Program-made: the position numbers and the translations under genes
The notes under the pieces: model-generated
The model's database searches: none
What the model was told of the DNA's origin: nothing
What the model saw: only the letters and a program-made list of their open reading frames with translations
Source of the DNA: a virus
Taxonomy: Duplodnaviria > Heunggongvirae > Uroviricota > Caudoviricetes
Reading direction: 5' to 3' (one strand)
DNA length: 45,311 nt
Virus record (IMG/VR): IMGVR_UViG_3300015608_002795
Coordinates: 64,001 to 109,311 of that record
Shown here: piece by piece, positions 39,561-45,311 of the stretch
Layout: every line of letters starts with the position of its first letter
How positions within the stretch are numbered: position 1 is the first letter of the stretch

Positions 39561-40052
39561 ATGTTTATAATGGGCAAAGAGCGTGACTATATTGTTCACG
39601 ATGAAAATAATGTTAAGGGATTTTTTGGAGACTATAGGTTTCTATCAAATTTCCATATGGCACCTGTTTGGTATGAGGGTATATTGTACCCATCAACTGA
39701 ACATGCCTATCAAGCAGCAAAGACACTTGACGAAAGTGTAAGAATGGAATTCTTAGGATTAACTTGTGGTAAAGCTAAGAACAAAGGACAAGAAATTGGA
39801 CTTAGAGATAACTGGGACACCATTAAATATGATGTTATGTTCGCTGTTGTTTTTGATAAATTTTTTAGGCACCAAGATTTAAAAGAATTGCTTTTATCAA
39901 CTGGTGATAAATATTTAGAAGAAACAAATCACTGGGGTGATATTTTTTGGGGCAGATGTGATGATGTCGGGCAAAATAATCTCGGTAAATTATTAATGTG
40001 TGTTAGAAAAATAATTAAAGATAATCCCAATAGAAAAGGATTTATTATATAA
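39561..40052 (+). CDS. NADAR (YbiA-like) N-glycosidase
   Basis: FLSNF, YPSTEHAYQAAK, W..IK..VM.....DKF..H..L...LL.TG...L.E...W.D.FWG, GQNNLGKLLM.VR. Confidence 0.93.
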   Translation: MFIMGKERDYIVHDENNVKGFFGDYRFLSNFHMAPVWYEGILYPSTEHAYQAAKTLDESVRMEFLGLTCGKAKNKGQEIGLRDNWDTIKYDVMFAVVFDKFFRHQDLKELLLSTGDKYLEETNHWGDIFWGRCDDVGQNNLGKLLMCVRKIIKDNPNRKGFII

Positions 40053-40077
40053 CCAATCACTGGGAAGAAGTCTTATT

Positions 40078-40086
40078 TTATATATA
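40078..40086 (+). promoter_or_regulatory. Putative late promoter TTATATATA
   Basis: 4 nt upstream of the homing endonuclease ATG. Confidence 0.5.
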
Positions 40087-40090
40087 GTAT

Positions 40091-40834
40091 ATGATAATAT
40101 ACAAAATAACAAATATAATTAACAAAAAGATATATATTGGACAAACAATTAGAAGTATAGAAGAAAGGTGGAAAAAACATACATGGTTATCTACAAAGAA
40201 AAATAGTAAAATGGCGATAACTCTCGCTATAATAAAATATGGTGAAGAAAACTTTGTAATAGAAAAAATAGATGAGGCATATAATATAGACGAACTAAAT
40301 GAAAAAGAAATATTTTATATTAAAAAATATAAATCAAAATGTCCAAATGGATATAATATTGGAAATGGTGGATTAAATAGAAATCATTCAATTGAAACCA
40401 GGAGAAAAATAGGAGAATCTAATAAAGGAAAAGTTGGATATTATAAAGGACTTAAATTAAGTGACGAACATAGAAAAAATTTATCCATATCACACACCGG
40501 GCACAATATGAAAGAAGAAACAAAAATAAAATTATCAACTATAAATAAACTTAAGAAAATCGATCCTAAAGTTAGAGAGGCGGCGTCAATAAAAAATAGT
40601 AAGATATATCTTTTGGAGAAAGATAATAGTTTATATGTTATAACCAATATGAAGAAATTTGCAATGAGAAATGGACATGATAAATCCAATCTCTCTGAAT
40701 TGGCTAGTGGCAAAAAGGCAACATATAAAGGATTTAAGCTTGTTGAAAATATCGGACTTTTAAAACAGGTTGATAGTATAGAAGAAATTGTGAATAAGTA
40801 TACCACCATATATGAAAATATTATATACCAGTAA
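40091..40834 (+). mobile_element. Free-standing GIY-YIG (Seg-like) homing endonuclease with NUMOD3 repeats
   Basis: IIYKITN..N.KIYIGQT, AI.KYG.ENF, E..YI, GYNI..GG, HS.ETRRKIGESNKG, LSDEHRKNLS. Confidence 0.92.
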
Positions 40835-40847
40835 ATTTCTTTGACAA

Positions 40848-41033
40848 ATGAAAATTTCATCTAAAAAACCTACCGTAGAAGAAGTTTATAAAAAAATGAT
40901 TCTGAACTCTTGTTATGGAAGCACCGGAATCGAACCCATTATAAACTACAAAATACACTATAAAAGAATTATTAGTCCGGGTATAGTTCTTATTAGGAAA
41001 TTTAAAATTAAAAAAATCTTATCTAAGATATGA
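40848..41033 (+). CDS. 61-aa micro-protein carrying PolB motif B (KMILNSCYG) plus tag IRKFKIKKIL
   Basis: ORF track sequence; K-x3-NS-x-YG. Confidence 0.65.
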   Translation: MKISSKKPTVEEVYKKMILNSCYGSTGIEPIINYKIHYKRIISPGIVLIRKFKIKKILSKI

Positions 41034-41203
41034 GTAATAGTTTTTACAACCCAAAAGAAAGAGGTACGATAAAAATTTTACCAATGGATTTCGCTAGTTT
41101 ATATCCATCAAGTTTTAAAAAATATTTTTTTAATCATGTATTATTAAGAAAATCTAAAACTAAAAAGGTATTAAATAAAATATATGACACTGGAAGAAAT
41201 TAA
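41030..41203 (+). CDS. 57-aa micro-protein (not in ORF track) carrying PolB motif A (DFASLYPS) plus tag LRKSKTKKVL
   Basis: Manual translation: MSNSFYNPKERGTIKILPMDFASLYPSSFKKYFFNHVLLRKSKTKKVLNKIYDTGRN*; ATGA overlap with the previous ORF. Confidence 0.7.
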   Translation: MSNSFYNPKERGTIKILPMDFASLYPSSFKKYFFNHVLLRKSKTKKVLNKIYDTGRN

Positions 41204-41342
41204 AAATTTGAAAAAAATTCCGATTAAATTTGTTGATGATCTATATGATAAATTCAAGGTTGATTACTCGATATTGTTTTCAATTGTTACTGATGATATT
41301 TCAATATTGAGAGAACTATTAATAGATGAGATCGTAAATTAA
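41184..41342 (+). CDS. 52-aa micro-protein (not in ORF track) with tag LRELLIDEIV
   Basis: Manual translation: MTLEEIKNLKKIPIKFVDDLYDKFKVDYSILFSIVTDDISILRELLIDEIVN*. Confidence 0.6.
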   Translation: MTLEEIKNLKKIPIKFVDDLYDKFKVDYSILFSIVTDDISILRELLIDEIVN

Positions 41343-41347
41343 ACTTT
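41340..41347 (+). promoter_or_regulatory. Recurring motif TAAACTTT upstream of infC
   Basis: Three intergenic copies in the window. Confidence 0.3.
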
Positions 41348-41373
41348 ATAATAAAAATAAAATAAAATAATAG

Positions 41374-41904
41374 ATGAGTAAACGAATGTTTATCAAACAA
41401 AGAAAACACAAAATTAACAAAGAAATTTTCCCAGCTCCTAAAGTTAGAGTTGTTGGAGAAGGGGTCGAACCACAAATAATGGACACTAGAGATGCTATTG
41501 ATTTAGCATTTTCTATGGATAAAGACTTGATTTTAATAACTGAGAATGCAAATCCTCCCGTTGCTAGAGTTGAAGATTACAATAAGTTTTTATATCAACA
41601 AGAAAAGATGGAAAAAGAGAGGAAGAGAAATTCTGCTAAAATTGAAACTAGAGAAATTCAGTTGAGTGTTAGTATTGCGGATAATGATCTTAAAACAAAA
41701 TCCAAAAAGGCTAGAGAATTCTTAGAAGAAGATAATAAAGTCAAATGTGTTATTCAACTTAAAGGAAGACAAAAAGCTATGCCGGAACAAGGAGAATTAG
41801 TTATGTTGAAATTTGCTAGTTCGCTATCTGATATAGGAGCTCCTGAAACTCTACCTAAACTAGATGGTGGTAGATGGCTTATGATGTTAAAACCTAAGAA
41901 ATAA
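41374..41904 (+). CDS. infC: Translation initiation factor IF-3
   Basis: IN.EI..PKVRVVG, DLILI..NANPPVARV.DY.KFLY, EIQLS..IA.ND...K...A..FL....KVKC.I..KGRQ, P.LDG.R..M.L.P. Confidence 0.95.
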   Translation: MSKRMFIKQRKHKINKEIFPAPKVRVVGEGVEPQIMDTRDAIDLAFSMDKDLILITENANPPVARVEDYNKFLYQQEKMEKERKRNSAKIETREIQLSVSIADNDLKTKSKKAREFLEEDNKVKCVIQLKGRQKAMPEQGELVMLKFASSLSDIGAPETLPKLDGGRWLMMLKPKK

Positions 41905-41905
41905 A

Positions 41906-42301
41906 ATGAAGAAGATATTGAGTAAACTATTTTATCTAACTAATACCACATCAGAACATTTAGAGGCTAATGTTCCCTTAGGATCAAAAATATTAAATGT
42001 CAGTATTGACTATGGTGTTTTAAATGTACTAATTGAATCAAGTGATTCTAGCGACATGGATAAAATGAGTCTTCTTGTTTTTAAATTTGATAGTCGAGAT
42101 GCCCCCGAAATGAGTACACCGAAAGAATATATTTATGTTGGTACTTCATTTGATACCAACCCACAAGTACTCCCTAAAACTAATGGTAATCACTGTCAAT
42201 TCGATTTTTCACTCGGTAAAGTAAATTATCATATTTTTAGAAAAATAAGCTTACAAGAGAAAAGAGATAACCTAATAGAAAGTATTATTGATAAAAAATA
42301 A
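41906..42301 (+). CDS. Hypothetical phage protein with C-terminal tag KRDNLIESII
   Basis: P.G.KILNV and YIYVGT...YHIF resemble a common small phage beta-rich family; tag appended. Confidence 0.6.
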   Translation: MKKILSKLFYLTNTTSEHLEANVPLGSKILNVSIDYGVLNVLIESSDSSDMDKMSLLVFKFDSRDAPEMSTPKEYIYVGTSFDTNPQVLPKTNGNHCQFDFSLGKVNYHIFRKISLQEKRDNLIESIIDKK

Positions 42302-42309
42302 ATAATTAT

Positions 42310-42606
42310 ATGAACTTAAATGTACATCCTGTGAATTTTAGCCCTGATGATAAACTAATTTCTCTAATTGAGGAAAAAGTTAAAAAATTAAATATCTTCA
42401 ATGACACAATTACAAGTGTTGATGTTTATCTAAAGCTAGAGGGGTCGCACGCAGTTAGAGACAAAGTGGTAGAAATAAAAGTAAATGTGTTAAAGAATCA
42501 AATTTTCGTTAAAGAACAAACTAAGACATTTGAAGAGTCACTATCAATTGCTTTAGACTCAGCCATCAGCCAATTAAGAAAGAAAAAAGAAATTCTTAAA
42601 GGTTAA
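42310..42606 (+). CDS. hpf: Ribosome hibernation promoting factor / RaiA (short form)
   Basis: NF..D.KL...I.EKV.KL..F.D.I...DV.LK, K.VEIKV, FVKE..KTFEE....A.D....QL.K.K. Confidence 0.9.
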   Translation: MNLNVHPVNFSPDDKLISLIEEKVKKLNIFNDTITSVDVYLKLEGSHAVRDKVVEIKVNVLKNQIFVKEQTKTFEESLSIALDSAISQLRKKKEILKG

Positions 42607-42642
42607 ATAATAACTCCTTAATAGTTAAGGTATTTGTATGCC

Positions 42643-42650
42643 TAAACTTT
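42643..42650 (+). promoter_or_regulatory. Recurring motif TAAACTTT
   Basis: Intergenic, upstream of ATG 42693. Confidence 0.3.
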
Positions 42651-42692
42651 GTTGTATTTTTTTATAAAATATAAAAGTATAATTACGAACAT

Positions 42693-43181
42693 ATGAGAAT
42701 ATTAATTAAACCAAGTGATATAGTCAAGAGGTGCCTATGGGACTCCTATTCCTACTATATTGTTGGATCAGAAAAAGAAGCTGAAAAATTACTTAAGGAA
42801 GATAATGAATTTGAACTCTCGGAGAGGGATGCTATTGTTTTAGGACTATTAAAAGTTATGGAAACTGATAATTTGGTCCACCGATTTAATGACTACATGG
42901 TTCATTTTTTAACAATTAAATCAATTAAAGAAAAAGATGATGTTATTGTTAGAAAGAAGTCAGTAGAAATTGCAATTGATAAATTTTTAGATAAATTTCC
43001 TGATTATTGGGTACCTCCAGCTAATTATGCCAATGCAGTAAAAGACTTGGTTGATTACATAGATAGTTTGAAAGAGAAAATTGAAACATTGGAGGTGACA
43101 AAAGTCACCATTCAAAATATGATTCAAGAAGTATATGTTTCAAATGCGGTAAGAAAATTGTTAAACTTCAATGTATATTAA
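42693..43181 (+). CDS. Hypothetical protein
   Basis: ORF track; no recognised motif. Confidence 0.6.
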   Translation: MRILIKPSDIVKRCLWDSYSYYIVGSEKEAEKLLKEDNEFELSERDAIVLGLLKVMETDNLVHRFNDYMVHFLTIKSIKEKDDVIVRKKSVEIAIDKFLDKFPDYWVPPANYANAVKDLVDYIDSLKEKIETLEVTKVTIQNMIQEVYVSNAVRKLLNFNVY

Positions 43182-43296
43182 ATGCAAACAACAGATATCT
43201 TAGAAAGAATAATTGAATTAGTTAAGGAATATCCTAATGATTCAGAATTAGGATCCAAAATTAGAGCCCTTTATTGGGAATATAAAGAAAAATTAA

Positions 43297-43313
<17 letters not shown>
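43182..43313 (+). CDS. 43-aa small protein (not in ORF track) of the YPND-x-ELG-x-KIR type
   Basis: Manual translation: MQTTDILERIIELVKEYPNDSELGSKIRALYWEYKEKLNDDEE*; the ATG directly follows the upstream TAA. Confidence 0.65.
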
Positions 43314-45153
<1,840 letters not shown>

Positions 45154-45157
45154 ACAT

Positions 45158-45166
45158 TATATATTA
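45158..45166 (-). promoter_or_regulatory. Putative late promoter TAATATATA
   Basis: 4 nt upstream of ATG 45153. Confidence 0.5.
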
Positions 45167-45227
45167 AATTTGTATCTACAAAAATTATCTTATATTTATG
45201 TATATAAGCTGAATTTAATACGTTTTA

Positions 45228-45283
45228 TAACTCATTGACTATCAACTGCCCCAAGGGTTTTTTGATTGATAATCAAACAATTA
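45228..45283. repeat. Imperfect 18-bp inverted repeat with a 20-nt spacer
   Basis: TAACTCATTGACTATCAA (45228-45245) matches the reverse complement of 45266-45283, TAATTGTTTGATTATCAA, at 14/18. Confidence 0.5.
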
Positions 45284-45292
45284 CAAAAAATT

Positions 45293-45311
45293 ATGCTAAA
45301 AGTTGGAGATA
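45293..45311 (+). CDS. Start of an ORF cut by the window edge (MLKVGD...)
   Basis: ATG after an A-rich leader; too short to assign. Confidence 0.3.

Noticed and set aside
40848-41342. Frameshifted or degraded polB gene
   Set aside because: The motifs are in reversed order, motif C and the flanking fold are absent, and each ORF has its own start, stop and tag
42616-42630. CCTTAA-TAG-TTAAGG hairpin as the hpf terminator
   Set aside because: The stem is only 6 bp, AT-rich, with a 3-nt loop and a poor U-tract; too weak to call

Overview
This strongly AT-rich window (composition judged by eye) comes from a large T4-superfamily-like (jumbo or huge) myophage. Phage markers are a gp32 SSB, a gp13-like neck protein, a gp3-like tail terminator, a GH19 endolysin and two free-standing GIY-YIG homing endonucleases. 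The host is probably Bacteroidota, based on TAnnTTTG promoters, A-rich leaders without SD and Bacteroidota-type PurA/HPF. Positions 1-17.8 kb hold a 20-gene sugar synthesis, glycosyltransferase and methyltransferase operon that is cut by the left edge. The rest mixes structural and late genes, host-takeover genes (infC, hpf, dnaJ, grpE, guaC, purA, truncated metG) and likely counter-defence genes (Acb1-like 2H phosphoesterase, NADAR). The most striking unexplained signal is a set of micro-ORFs, several missing from the supplied ORF track. Each joins a short copy of a hallmark motif to a shared C-terminal R-x-x-[KL]-I-x-x-[IL] helix tag. The copied motifs are PolB motif B (KMILNSCYG), PolB motif A (DFASLYPS) and a gp23 major-capsid-like helix (LSEELSASIDREIM). 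At least five other small proteins carry the same tag. A second family of late-promoter-driven proteins has a T4 capsid-targeting-like N-terminal leader. No tRNA, rRNA or CRISPR array was seen. All family calls come from motif recognition by eye, not from database searches.
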